In this document: positions 36,429 through 45,583 of the stretch, piece after piece
How positions within the stretch are numbered: the first letter of the stretch is position 1
Layout: each line of letters opens with the position of its first letter
Source: Candidatus Omnitrophota bacterium
GTDB lineage: Bacteria > Omnitrophota > Gorgyraeia > 2-01-FULL-45-10
Assembly (NCBI GenBank): GCA_018823705.1
Contig: JAHJHP010000031.1
Span: forward strand, 1,982-65,981
DNA: 64,000 bases
Direction of reading: 5' to 3'
Translations under genes and position numbers: made by a program
The notes under the pieces: generated by a model
Told to the model about the DNA's origin: nothing
Databases searched by the model: none
What the model saw: the letters and a program-made list of their open reading frames with translations, nothing else

Positions 36429-37238
36429 ATGTTTAAAAAGATAACAGAGTCTCAAATAAGCAGGGCCATTGTTGGTGAATTCACTAAGTGGTTTAATGAG
36501 TATATTGTTTCGGATGTTATAGTAGTAGGTGGAGGCCCCAGTGGCCTGATCGCGGCGCGTGATCTGGCGAATAGCGGCCTTAAGACGCTAATAATAGAGA
36601 GTAATAATTATATAGGCGGGGGCTTCTGGATAGGCGGATATTTTATGAATACCCTGACCTTCAGGGCTCCGTCAGACGAGATCCTTGATGAACTGAAGAT
36701 ACCTTATAAAGAGGTAGAAGACGGACTGTTCGTTGCGGATGGCCCTACCGCCTGCTCAAAACTCATTTCTGCGACCTGCGATTCCGGCGCTAAAATCCTG
36801 AACCTAACCAAATTTGACGATGTTGTCCATCGTAACAACAGAGTTGAGGGAGCAGTAATTAACTGGTCGCCGGTTTCTGCTCTACCGAGACAGCTCACCT
36901 GCGTAGATCCTATTGCTCTGGAATCAAAGGTTGTAATCGATGCTACCGGCCATGATGCCTGGGTGGCGAAGAGCCTTGAAAAGAGAGGGTTATTGAAACT
37001 GCAGACATACGGACCTATGGATGTGTGTTCCTCGGAGGATCTTGTAGTCGAAAAAACAGGGGAAGTATACCCCGGCTTATATGTGATGGGCATGGCAGCG
37101 GCTACCGTTCATGGCATACCACGCATGGGCCCAACATTCGGGGGGATGCTCTTCTCAGGCAGGAAAGCAGCTGAGCAGATAATAAAAAAATTGAATCAAA
37201 AAGAACAGTTTTCCGCTAAAGAAACTGTAGCTGTTTAA
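36429..37238 (+). CDS. thi4: Thi4-family thiazole synthase
   Basis: GGGPSG, GGGFWIGG, TCVDP, DATGHDA, PRMGPTFGGM..SG; TPP riboswitch upstream. Confidence 0.94.
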   Translation: MFKKITESQISRAIVGEFTKWFNEYIVSDVIVVGGGPSGLIAARDLANSGLKTLIIESNNYIGGGFWIGGYFMNTLTFRAPSDEILDELKIPYKEVEDGLFVADGPTACSKLISATCDSGAKILNLTKFDDVVHRNNRVEGAVINWSPVSALPRQLTCVDPIALESKVVIDATGHDAWVAKSLEKRGLLKLQTYGPMDVCSSEDLVVEKTGEVYPGLYVMGMAAATVHGIPRMGPTFGGMLFSGRKAAEQIIKKLNQKEQFSAKETVAV

Positions 37239-37263
37239 GAATATTCTAAACAGAGATTATATA

Positions 37264-37333
37264 TTGTAGCCCGGGCTCCTGCCTACCTGCTTTCCTATTG
37301 GCAAGTAGGCAGGCAGGTAAGCCCGGGCTACAA
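37264..37333. repeat. GTAGCCCGGGCT palindrome interrupted by a 40-nt family B element (37278-37317)
   Basis: ttgtagcccgggct[cctgcctacc-N20-ggcaggcagg]taagcccgggctacaa; removal gives a perfect 30-nt palindrome. Confidence 0.92.
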
Positions 37334-37344
37334 TCGTGTATAAC

Positions 37345-37441
37345 CGTAATAGTTTAGCCGGAAGAACAACTTACGACGTAGGGGACATTTAAATGTCCCC
37401 TACAACCTCGTAGAGATACTTCTTTATGCTAAACTATTACG
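37345..37441. repeat. Long imperfect hairpin with a GTAG-type REP-like palindrome (37378-37403) at its apex
   Basis: 14-bp arms cgtaatagtttagc/gctaaactattacg; inner gtaggggacatttaaatgtcccctac is a perfect palindrome. Confidence 0.85.
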
Positions 37442-37467
37442 TATAGCTATCTTCGAAAAAAAATGTC

Positions 37468-37512
37468 TTGACAGATTTTAGGAATAGTGTATACTCTACT
37501 ATGTTAGTAGAG
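37468..37512 (+). promoter_or_regulatory. Sigma70 promoter with overlapping palindromic operator (putative Rrf2 site)
   Basis: TTGACA-N16-TATACT; ctctacta-tgt-tagtagag at 37494-37512. Confidence 0.7.
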
Positions 37513-37534
37513 ATAGTCAAGATAAGGGGTTCTG

Positions 37535-37975
37535 ATGAGAGTAACGTATAGAGGAGATTACGCTTTAAAGGTGGTCTTGGCTTTGGCCCTGAACTATGGT
37601 AAAGACGTGGTAACGATCCACGAATTGGCCAAACGCATCGATGCTCCCATTAAGTTTTTGGAGCAAGTATTACTGGACCTGAAGAAGGGCGGTTTTGTGG
37701 AGTCCAGACGCGGCAAGATGGGTGGATATCGATTAGCCAGGCCGCCGGGCAATATAACGGTGGGCCAGGTAATAAGATTTATCGATGGCCCCACAGAGCC
37801 TATTTCTTGTGTAAGAAATGGGTATTCCAGTTGCGGTGACATGTATAAGTGTGTATTTAGAAAAGTGTGGCAGGATGTCGCGAAAACAACCTCAGATATC
37901 ATAGACAATGTAACTTTTGAGGCGCTGGCTTTCGAGGCTGATTCAGAACAAGAGGTACTTGTTTATTCGATTTAA
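37535..37975 (+). CDS. Rrf2 family regulator (IscR/CymR-like, three Cys)
   Basis: DYAL, FLEQVL..LKKGG.VES.RG..GGY.LA, C..C..C. Confidence 0.93.
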   Translation: MRVTYRGDYALKVVLALALNYGKDVVTIHELAKRIDAPIKFLEQVLLDLKKGGFVESRRGKMGGYRLARPPGNITVGQVIRFIDGPTEPISCVRNGYSSCGDMYKCVFRKVWQDVAKTTSDIIDNVTFEALAFEADSEQEVLVYSI

Positions 37976-37994
37976 AAAAAAGGAGGAAGGGAAG

Positions 37995-38705
37995 ATGGGC
38001 GTTTTAAATGAGAAAGCGGATCTGAAAGAGTTGGTAGAGAAGTTGAATTTTAAGGAGAAAGTGGAGAGGTCAAAGGCGCTAATCGAGGAAGCATATAAAG
38101 TATACGGCGATGGACTTGTGGTGGCAAATAGCTTAGGGAAAGATTCGGTCGCGGTATGGGATCTCGCTAAAAGGGTAAATCCGAAAATACGCGGGTTTAT
38201 AGTGACGACCAGATATAAGCCGGTCGAGACTTTAAAATTCATGAAGGAGACCGTGAATAGGTATCCGGAGCTCAAAGTCTATAAGAATGATTCGGAGATA
38301 CCGGAACGGTTGTATGAAACAAAGCCGGACCTATGCTGCGATATATTAAAGGTTGAGCCTGTGAAGCGCGCCATAGAAGAGATGGGCGTTACATGCTGGG
38401 TGACGGGCTTGCGCTGCACCGAAGGCAGGACGCGCACCGACTTTCAGGAAGTAGAAGAGCGGGATAAGGGGCTGATAAAGCTTAACCCCATACTTATATG
38501 GAAAGAGCGCGAAGTTTGGCAATATCTGGCGCTATACGGGGTCCCTGTGAACCCTCTGTATGCGGAAGGCTATAGATCGCTCGGGTGCGCGCCGTGCTCA
38601 AAGATCACCAATGACGATAATGAGCGGGCCGGCCGCTGGATAGGAACGAGTAAATGCGGCGGCGAATGCGGTATACACACAAGGCCATTGAAGGGTAATA
38701 AATGA
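37995..38705 (+). CDS. cysH: APS/PAPS reductase (Fe-S type)
   Basis: SLGKDS, CCDILKVEP, TGLR, GYRSLGCAPC, ERAGRW, ECGIH; start moved to ATG behind AGGAGG. Confidence 0.9.
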   Translation: MGVLNEKADLKELVEKLNFKEKVERSKALIEEAYKVYGDGLVVANSLGKDSVAVWDLAKRVNPKIRGFIVTTRYKPVETLKFMKETVNRYPELKVYKNDSEIPERLYETKPDLCCDILKVEPVKRAIEEMGVTCWVTGLRCTEGRTRTDFQEVEERDKGLIKLNPILIWKEREVWQYLALYGVPVNPLYAEGYRSLGCAPCSKITNDDNERAGRWIGTSKCGGECGIHTRPLKGNK

Positions 38706-39673
38706 TAATAGCGGTCACGATACTGGTTTCAGTATTTCTCGCGATGAACATGGGTATAAGTGGTTTCTCTGTGTCATTCGCGCCTTCCTTTGGAAGCAAT
38801 GTCCTGAGAAAAAACAAGGCGGCGCTACTCTATGGCCTTTGCGTAATAGCGGGAGCCTGCCTGATTGGCCCGAGAGTCGTAGAAACTCTGGTGCGGAAAA
38901 TATCCTACGCGCCATTAAACGTTGTTTCAAGCGGGATAATACTCATCTCGTGCGCTATAACCATGTTCTTAAGCAATGTTTTAAAGGTGCCGCAATCTAC
39001 GAGTTTCGTGACCGTCGCAAGCTTCGTGGGGTCGGGTCTATTTTACGGCAAGGTCAACTGGTATACGGTAGAAAAGATCCTGGTATTCGCAGTCATCTTT
39101 TCTATCGCATCCTTTGGCCTTACCGTTATAATTAAGCGTAGAATCTATCCGCCCCGTCAAGATAACCTGGGATTTTATGAGAAATTTTTTGTACACAGGG
39201 ATAAATTCAAGAAATTCATAATTTTCCACGATATGTATGCCGGTTTTAGCGTTGGTACGAATAATGTGGCCAATATCGTAGCTCCTTTAGTAGTCGCGTT
39301 AGGTATGGGAAATCTTTTCTGGTTCCTGGTGATCAGCCCGCTCTTTGGTTTAGGGGCATATTTTTGGGGAGAAAGAATGATACGTTCGGTATCTCGGGAC
39401 ATCGTACCTGTAGGAGAATTCTCCGCCAGCATAGTATCTTTTATCACAGCCACTTTTGTGCTTATCGCGTCTTTTTTAGGGCTGCCGACACCTTACGTTC
39501 AGTTTACGACATTTTCTCTATTGGGGATAAGCTGTGTAAAGGATGGGTTTAAAAAGACTTCAGAAAAATTGATTGTAAAAAAGATGCTGTGTGTCTGGAT
39601 ACTGGTCCCTCTCTTTACGGTCTTACTTAGTTTTAGTTTGCATCTTATCTGTATAAAATATCTACATCTATAA
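38702..39673 (+). CDS. PiT-family anion permease (CysP-like sulfate permease by context)
   Basis: AMNMG.SG, G.RVVETL, VPQSTS, GTNNVAN. Confidence 0.8.
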   Translation: MIIAVTILVSVFLAMNMGISGFSVSFAPSFGSNVLRKNKAALLYGLCVIAGACLIGPRVVETLVRKISYAPLNVVSSGIILISCAITMFLSNVLKVPQSTSFVTVASFVGSGLFYGKVNWYTVEKILVFAVIFSIASFGLTVIIKRRIYPPRQDNLGFYEKFFVHRDKFKKFIIFHDMYAGFSVGTNNVANIVAPLVVALGMGNLFWFLVISPLFGLGAYFWGERMIRSVSRDIVPVGEFSASIVSFITATFVLIASFLGLPTPYVQFTTFSLLGISCVKDGFKKTSEKLIVKKMLCVWILVPLFTVLLSFSLHLICIKYLHL

Positions 39674-39687
39674 TAGGAGAATGCGCT

Positions 39688-40623
39688 ATGCGTGAAGATT
39701 CGGAGATCACAAAAAATATTCTCGAAGTTATAGGGAGAACCCCCCTGATAAGGCTTAATCGTATCGCCGGCCGGGGTATGGCAGAAATACTTGCTAAAGT
39801 TGAATCGCTGAATCCGGGCGGCAGTGTTAAGGATAGAATAGCTCTTGCCATGATCGAGGACGCTCAAGCGAAGGGAGAGCTTAAGCCCGATTCGACTATT
39901 ATAGAACCTACCAGCGGGAATACAGGGATCGGCCTGGCAATGGTCTGCGCGGTCAAGGGCTACCGATGCATACTTACTATGCCTGAGACGATGAGCCTGG
40001 AGAGAATATATATCCTGAAAGCTTATGGCGCGGAAGTGGTTCTTACTCCCGGTTCTCAGGGCATGAAAGGGGCTATAAAGAAGGCGGAGGAGATCCAGGC
40101 AAAGACAGCAAATTCATTCATGCCTCACCAGTTTGAACATCCGGCAAATCCGAAAGTTCATAGAGAGACTACGGCTAGAGAGATACTTTCACAGACGGGC
40201 GGCAGGCTCGATGCTTTTGTCGCCGGGGTTGGTACCGGTGGAACCATAACGGGAGTCGGCGAGATATTGAAGAAGCATGATGCCCGAATAAGAATTATTG
40301 CCGTAGAGCCTGAAACGAGCGCCGTCCTATCAGGTAAAAAACACGGGACTCATAAGATACAGGGTATAGGAGCCGGATTTATACCCGATATTTTGAATAG
40401 GAACGTTATAGATGAGATTATAACCGTAAGCGACCGGGATGCGTATGAAGCAGCAAAGCTATTGGCTGTGAAGGAAGGCATATTCTGCGGCCCGTCTTCA
40501 GGCGCGGCTTTTGTAGCTGCGCTAAAGATTGCGAAGACATTGGGGGCCGGTAAGAGAGTCATAACGGTATTTCCGGATACAGGCGAAAGATATTTTTCAA
40601 TGAACCAATACTTTGAATTCTAA
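39688..40623 (+). CDS. cysK: Cysteine synthase A
   Basis: NPGGSVKDR, EPTSGNTG, GVGTGGT, HKIQGIGAG. Confidence 0.96.
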   Translation: MREDSEITKNILEVIGRTPLIRLNRIAGRGMAEILAKVESLNPGGSVKDRIALAMIEDAQAKGELKPDSTIIEPTSGNTGIGLAMVCAVKGYRCILTMPETMSLERIYILKAYGAEVVLTPGSQGMKGAIKKAEEIQAKTANSFMPHQFEHPANPKVHRETTAREILSQTGGRLDAFVAGVGTGGTITGVGEILKKHDARIRIIAVEPETSAVLSGKKHGTHKIQGIGAGFIPDILNRNVIDEIITVSDRDAYEAAKLLAVKEGIFCGPSSGAAFVAALKIAKTLGAGKRVITVFPDTGERYFSMNQYFEF

Positions 40624-40638
40624 CCGGCGCGGAGCGAA

Positions 40639-41118
40639 ATGAAAGAGTTATATTATCCGATAGCGTTAAAGCTTAAAGGCAAAACCGCCCTGGTTGTCGG
40701 AGGCGGACAGGTCGCTGAGCGCAAAGTAAAGACCCTGCTTCGTTTTGGCGCGCGGGTCCGTCTTGTGTCGCCTGATTTAACAACAGCATTAAGAAGACTT
40801 TTTAAATCCCGCAAGATCGCCTGGCACAAGAGAGCTATAAGATCTTCGGACGTCGAAGGCGCGGATCTTATCATAGCAGCCACTTCTATCGCGGCCGTCA
40901 ATAAGAAGGTAAGTAAATGGGCGAAAAGAGAAGGAACTCCGGTAAATATTGTAGATAGAGCGGATTTAAGCAGTTTTATTTCGCCGGCAATTCTGCATAC
41001 ATCCAGGGCCGTTGTAGCCGTATATACGCACGGCCGGAACCCTGCTTTAAGCAGGGATCTGAAGAACTTTCTGAAGGAGAATTGGGATGTATTTTTATCT
41101 TATAGGGGTAGATTATAA
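40639..41118 (+). CDS. Precorrin-2 dehydrogenase (SirC/CysG-N/Met8-like), short
   Basis: YPI.L.L, VVGGG.VAERK, LIIAAT, VNIVD, FISPA, T.GRNP.LSR. Confidence 0.88.
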   Translation: MKELYYPIALKLKGKTALVVGGGQVAERKVKTLLRFGARVRLVSPDLTTALRRLFKSRKIAWHKRAIRSSDVEGADLIIAATSIAAVNKKVSKWAKREGTPVNIVDRADLSSFISPAILHTSRAVVAVYTHGRNPALSRDLKNFLKENWDVFLSYRGRL

Positions 41119-42070
41119 AAGTTCGACGATCGATACGCGCGAAAAGCTCTACCGTAATAGAAAGGCCATCTCCGGTTTCTGCGCAAGCCATCTCCCCCAT
41201 GAAGCAGCTCTCCTTACGACTTGTAACCGCATAGAGATCTATGGCCTTACAAAATACGCTGACGATGCGCTTGGGCATATCGCCGCTTTTTCCGAACGTC
41301 TCCCTGAATTTTCAAAGTACGCGTATGTGAAATACGGAGAAGCGGAAGTGTTTCATCATGCGCTCAGGCTGGGCGTCGGACTCGAGTCGCAGCTTAAGGG
41401 AGAGCCGCAGATATTGGCGCAGCTCGAGGCGTGGAGTTCAGGCGACAGAGTGCCGCTTCCTATTAAGGTTTTATGGGATAGGGCTATTACATTAGCGCGA
41501 AAAATACGAGTTGCGTCGAAGCTAAACGAGGATAATGATAATATAGCTACTATCGTGCTTGAAGATATAAGGAGACGTCTGGGTGGGCGCAGAAAGTATG
41601 AAATCGTAATTGTAGGGACAGGCAAGATCGCCGAACTTTTCTCAGGATCCCGGCCGATTGGCGCGCATCTTCTTTTCGCGGCCCATAAGAATTATCAAAA
41701 AGCACAAATGCTGGCAATGAATTCAGGCGGAGACGCGCTGTTTTTAAAGGATCTGCCTGGCATCATAGCCAGGACGGATGCATTGATATGCGCGACATCG
41801 AGCCCGCATCATGTTATTGAAAAGGATATCTTTAACAATCTGGCCGTTGGTCGTGAGTATCCGCTATATATTTATGATCTTGCGATTCCGAGGGATGTGG
41901 AGCCGACCTCAGGACGCGTAAATGGCATATTTTTGAATAATCTCGACAGTTTGAGATATCTATTTTACAGATATAACAAGTCGAAACAGGAGCGCATAGA
42001 GCTGGCATCCGATCTGATAGGCGATGTGTTAAAAATTCATCAGGAGCTCGCTCATGGCAAAGACCATTAA
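41087..42070 (+). CDS. hemA: Glutamyl-tRNA reductase lacking the C-terminal dimerisation domain
   Basis: TCNRIEIY, GLESQLKGEPQIL.Q, ATSSPH, DLAIPRDVE. Confidence 0.88.
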   Translation: MYFYLIGVDYKSSTIDTREKLYRNRKAISGFCASHLPHEAALLTTCNRIEIYGLTKYADDALGHIAAFSERLPEFSKYAYVKYGEAEVFHHALRLGVGLESQLKGEPQILAQLEAWSSGDRVPLPIKVLWDRAITLARKIRVASKLNEDNDNIATIVLEDIRRRLGGRRKYEIVIVGTGKIAELFSGSRPIGAHLLFAAHKNYQKAQMLAMNSGGDALFLKDLPGIIARTDALICATSSPHHVIEKDIFNNLAVGREYPLYIYDLAIPRDVEPTSGRVNGIFLNNLDSLRYLFYRYNKSKQERIELASDLIGDVLKIHQELAHGKDH

Positions 42071-42707
42071 AGTCGGGACGCGGCCGAGCGCTCTTGCGCT
42101 AAAGCAGGTTGAAGAAGTGCGCAAGCGCTTGCCGCAGTATCACATAGAGACCGTTCTTATCGAAACTCGCGGCGACAAAGATAAGATCTCTTCTCTATCG
42201 GATAAAGAAAATAGCGACTTTTTTACACGCGAGATCGAGCAAGCTCTAATAGATGGGTCTATTGACGCGGCCATTCATAGCGCGAAGGACCTGGAAGATG
42301 TTATGTCGAGAGAATTGGTAATAGCGGCGATGACGTCTCCTATCAGCCCTTTCGAATGTTTGGTGTCTCGGGGAGGTTCGACGATGGAGAAGCTTCCTTT
42401 GGGCGCCTGCGTAGGCACTAGTAGCCGGAAGCGAAGAAGAGCGCTTATGAATTTCAGGCCGGACCTCGACGTAAAGGATATACGCGGCGATATTGATGAA
42501 AGACTGGCGCAGTTGAATAGCGGGAAGTTTGACGCTATTATCGTCGCGCATGCTGCCTTGATCAGATTGGGATATGAAGATAGGATCGCCGAGATCATTC
42601 CCAGAGAAATAATGGAGCCCCACCCTTTACAGGGAAGCCTCGCGGTCCAGATCCGTCGAGACAGGGATGACTTGTCGGCAATTTTTAGGAGCTTAGATGG
42701 AAAATAA
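42054..42707 (+). CDS. hemC: Porphobilinogen deaminase, short form lacking domain 3
   Basis: GTRPS.LA, T.GDK, FTREIE.AL, HSAKD, GTSS..R, IRG...ERL, QG.LAV; ends at 217 aa. Confidence 0.88.
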   Translation: MAKTIKVGTRPSALALKQVEEVRKRLPQYHIETVLIETRGDKDKISSLSDKENSDFFTREIEQALIDGSIDAAIHSAKDLEDVMSRELVIAAMTSPISPFECLVSRGGSTMEKLPLGACVGTSSRKRRRALMNFRPDLDVKDIRGDIDERLAQLNSGKFDAIIVAHAALIRLGYEDRIAEIIPREIMEPHPLQGSLAVQIRRDRDDLSAIFRSLDGK

Positions 42708-43416
42708 GAAGGGTAAAGTTTATATAGTAGGAGCCGGCCCGGGCGACCCGGAACTTATAAGCGTGAAAGGGCTGAAGGCACTCAAAAAAGCGGATTGCGT
42801 ATTGTATGATTTTTTGTCTTCCCCGGCGCTATTAAAATATGTTAAAACGGGCGCTAAAAAGATATGCGTAGGCAAAGCGAATGGCCTGCATCTTAAGGAA
42901 CAGGGTGATATAAATGAGTTACTTTACAAATATTCTCAGGTTTATAGATATGTCGTGCGCCTCAAAGGCGGCGATCCGTTTGTATTCAGCCGCGGTTTTG
43001 AAGAGGCGCGGTACTTGGCCGAGAAGAGAGTAAAATGTGAGGTGATCCCGGGAATAACGTCGGCCATCGCGGGCCCGGAAAGTTTCGGAATTCCGCTCAC
43101 GATAAAAAATAAGATACAATCCTTTGCGGTGTTGACCGGACGCAAAGAGAATCCAAATGCCGAAATCGATGCGCCCGATTGCCGGACGCTCGTGTATGTG
43201 ATGGGTGTAGCCAATATAAAGAATATAGTGAAGGCATTACGGAAGAGAGGCCGTCCCGATAAGACTCCGTGCGCATTCATAGAACGAGCGACCACCAGGA
43301 AGGCGAGGATCGTGACAGCCACGATAAAGACTATAGCGAGAGAGGTTGTGAGGCAAAAAGTGAAGCCTCCCGCTATTTTGATTGTAGGTGAGGTCGTAAA
43401 GTATGCTAAAAAATAA
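42697..43416 (+). CDS. cobA: Uroporphyrinogen-III C-methyltransferase
   Basis: VGAGPGDPEL, RLKGGDPFVFSRG.EE, IPGITS. Confidence 0.93.
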   Translation: MENKKGKVYIVGAGPGDPELISVKGLKALKKADCVLYDFLSSPALLKYVKTGAKKICVGKANGLHLKEQGDINELLYKYSQVYRYVVRLKGGDPFVFSRGFEEARYLAEKRVKCEVIPGITSAIAGPESFGIPLTIKNKIQSFAVLTGRKENPNAEIDAPDCRTLVYVMGVANIKNIVKALRKRGRPDKTPCAFIERATTRKARIVTATIKTIAREVVRQKVKPPAILIVGEVVKYAKK

Positions 43417-44335
43417 AAAGACTACCATCAGCGTAAAGGATCTGGTCTACCCTTTATTTGTAAGAGAGGGAATAGGTATATGCGAGGAGATACCTTCCAT
43501 GCCCGGTATTTACAGGTTCCCTCTTGACGCTATTGCCAGGGAAACCCGGGCTCTGGTGAAGTTGGGGATAGGGGCTGTTTTACTCTTCGGTGTGCCGACC
43601 GGGAAAAGCCGGGAAGGCTCAGAAGCATATAAAAAAGATAATGTAGCCGCCAAAGCCGTAACAAAACTTAAGCGAAAGTTTCCGGATCTTACCGTTATGA
43701 CCGATGTGTGTCTGTGTGCGTATACATCGCATGGGCATTGCGGCGTTATTCTGCCGGGATGCAGGACTATAGCTCATAAAACGACGCTTGATGCGCTCTG
43801 CAGGATGGCGTTATCCCACGCCGAAGCCGGCGCGGATTATGTGGCGCCTTCGGCTATGGCAAAAGGGCAGGTATGGGCTATAAGAAGAGCATTGGATGCC
43901 CACGGTTTTAAGGATACCGGGATAATGGGGTATTCAGCGAAGTACGCTTCAAATTTCTACGGCCCATTCAGGGATGCGGCTAATTCATCTCCGTTATTTG
44001 GGGACAGAAGCGCGTATCAACTCGGATTTTCTAACAGCGCGTCGGCTATGAAAGAGATAGCGGCTGATATAAGAGAAGGCGCAGACATAGTAATGGTCAA
44101 GCCGGCATTGGCATATCTGGATATAATCAGGGAGGCCGCGAACCGCTTCCGGGCGCCGCTTGCAGCCTATAACGTGAGCGGCGAATACGCCATGGTCAAA
44201 CATGGCGCAAAGCTGGGTTTGTGGAATGAAAAGAAGGTTGTGCTCGAGATCATTACTTCGATTAAACGTGCGGGGGCGGATCTGGTCATTACATATCATG
44301 CTAAGGACATTGCGAAATGGCTAAAAGAACGATAA
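43403..44335 (+). CDS. hemB: Porphobilinogen synthase
   Basis: DVCLCAYTSHGHCG, YSAKYAS.FYGPFR, MVKP, AYNVSGEY. Confidence 0.95.
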   Translation: MLKNKKTTISVKDLVYPLFVREGIGICEEIPSMPGIYRFPLDAIARETRALVKLGIGAVLLFGVPTGKSREGSEAYKKDNVAAKAVTKLKRKFPDLTVMTDVCLCAYTSHGHCGVILPGCRTIAHKTTLDALCRMALSHAEAGADYVAPSAMAKGQVWAIRRALDAHGFKDTGIMGYSAKYASNFYGPFRDAANSSPLFGDRSAYQLGFSNSASAMKEIAADIREGADIVMVKPALAYLDIIREAANRFRAPLAAYNVSGEYAMVKHGAKLGLWNEKKVVLEIITSIKRAGADLVITYHAKDIAKWLKER

Positions 44336-45567
44336 ATTCTAAATTATTCTCTGAGGCGCAAAAATATCTGGTGGGCGGCGTCAATAGCCCCGTGCGGGCT
44401 TTTAATTATGTAGGCGGTGACCCTCTTATAATTAAGAGAGGCCATGGCTCAAAAGTCTATGACCACGATGGTAATGAGTATATCGATTATGTGCTTTCAT
44501 GGGGAAGCCTCATTCTTGGCCATGCGTTTCCCGATGTTGTGAATGCGGTCAAGGCCGCGGCTTGCGACGGTTTGAGTTTCGGCACGACAAATATAAAGGA
44601 AGTGGAGCTGGCAAAGTTGATCCATAAGGCGATACCGTTTGTAGAAAAGATAAGGTTTGTCAATTCAGGCACAGAAGCTGTTATGAGCGCGGTGAGGCTT
44701 GCCAGAGGGCATACCGGCAGGGACAAGATCGTGAAGTTTGAGAACTCTTATCACGGACACGCCGATTATCTCCTAGTCTCAGGAGGCTCGGGACTCGCAA
44801 CCCTAAATATTCCGCAAAGCCCCGGTGTCCCCCGAAGTTTCATCAAAGACACAATGGTCCTTCCTTACGGCGATTTCCGAAAACTGGAAGAGGCATTTGA
44901 ACTGCACGGAAGAGAGATAGCTGCTGTGCTGGTGGAGCCCGTGGGAGGCAATTATGGTGTCATGCCCCCCGATACAGGTTTTTTGCGGCATCTAAGGAAG
45001 ATCACTGATCGATACTCCGCGCTTCTGATCGCCGATGAAGTGATCACCGGATTTCGTTTCTCATTCGGTTCTTTTATGCATAGGTCGGGCGTATTGCCCG
45101 ATCTTATATGCCTCGGGAAGATCATAGGCGGAGGGTTACCTATAGGAGCTTACGGCGGTGGCGGTAAGATAATGAATAAACTCGCTCCGCTCGGAAAAGT
45201 CTATCAGGCATCAACATTTTCCGGGAATCCGGTCGTTATGCAGGCAGGCATATCCACACTTAAAGTGTTAGCGTTATCCGGGGGAAGATATAGGCAGATT
45301 GAAAGATTCGCGGAACTTTTAAGCAGCGCTATTGAAAGAGCCGCGAGGTCATGTAATATCGATTTAAAAGTGAGCAGATTTGGCTCCATGTTCAGCCTGA
45401 AGTTTGAGAGAAAGGATGATTTTAAGAAGTTCTACAGAGGGTTGCTCCGGAGCGGAGTCTATTTTGCGCCTTCGGAATTTGAATCGAATTTTGTGTCATT
45501 TGCGCACACAAAAAAAGATATTGATGATACAATAAATTTGATAAGAGTTATTTTGGCGAAGATATAA
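44317..45567 (+). CDS. hemL: Glutamate-1-semialdehyde 2,1-aminomutase
   Basis: GGVNSPVRAF, NSGTEA, YHGH, DEVITGFR, GKIIGGGLP. Confidence 0.95.
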   Translation: MAKRTINSKLFSEAQKYLVGGVNSPVRAFNYVGGDPLIIKRGHGSKVYDHDGNEYIDYVLSWGSLILGHAFPDVVNAVKAAACDGLSFGTTNIKEVELAKLIHKAIPFVEKIRFVNSGTEAVMSAVRLARGHTGRDKIVKFENSYHGHADYLLVSGGSGLATLNIPQSPGVPRSFIKDTMVLPYGDFRKLEEAFELHGREIAAVLVEPVGGNYGVMPPDTGFLRHLRKITDRYSALLIADEVITGFRFSFGSFMHRSGVLPDLICLGKIIGGGLPIGAYGGGGKIMNKLAPLGKVYQASTFSGNPVVMQAGISTLKVLALSGGRYRQIERFAELLSSAIERAARSCNIDLKVSRFGSMFSLKFERKDDFKKFYRGLLRSGVYFAPSEFESNFVSFAHTKKDIDDTINLIRVILAKI

Positions 45568-45583
45568 AATAAGCGGAGGATAA

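Noticed and set aside
42054-42707. hemC or hemA as pseudogenes
   Set aside because: Clean stops overlapping the next start codons, intact catalytic motifs and no room for downstream remnants; treated as short variants.
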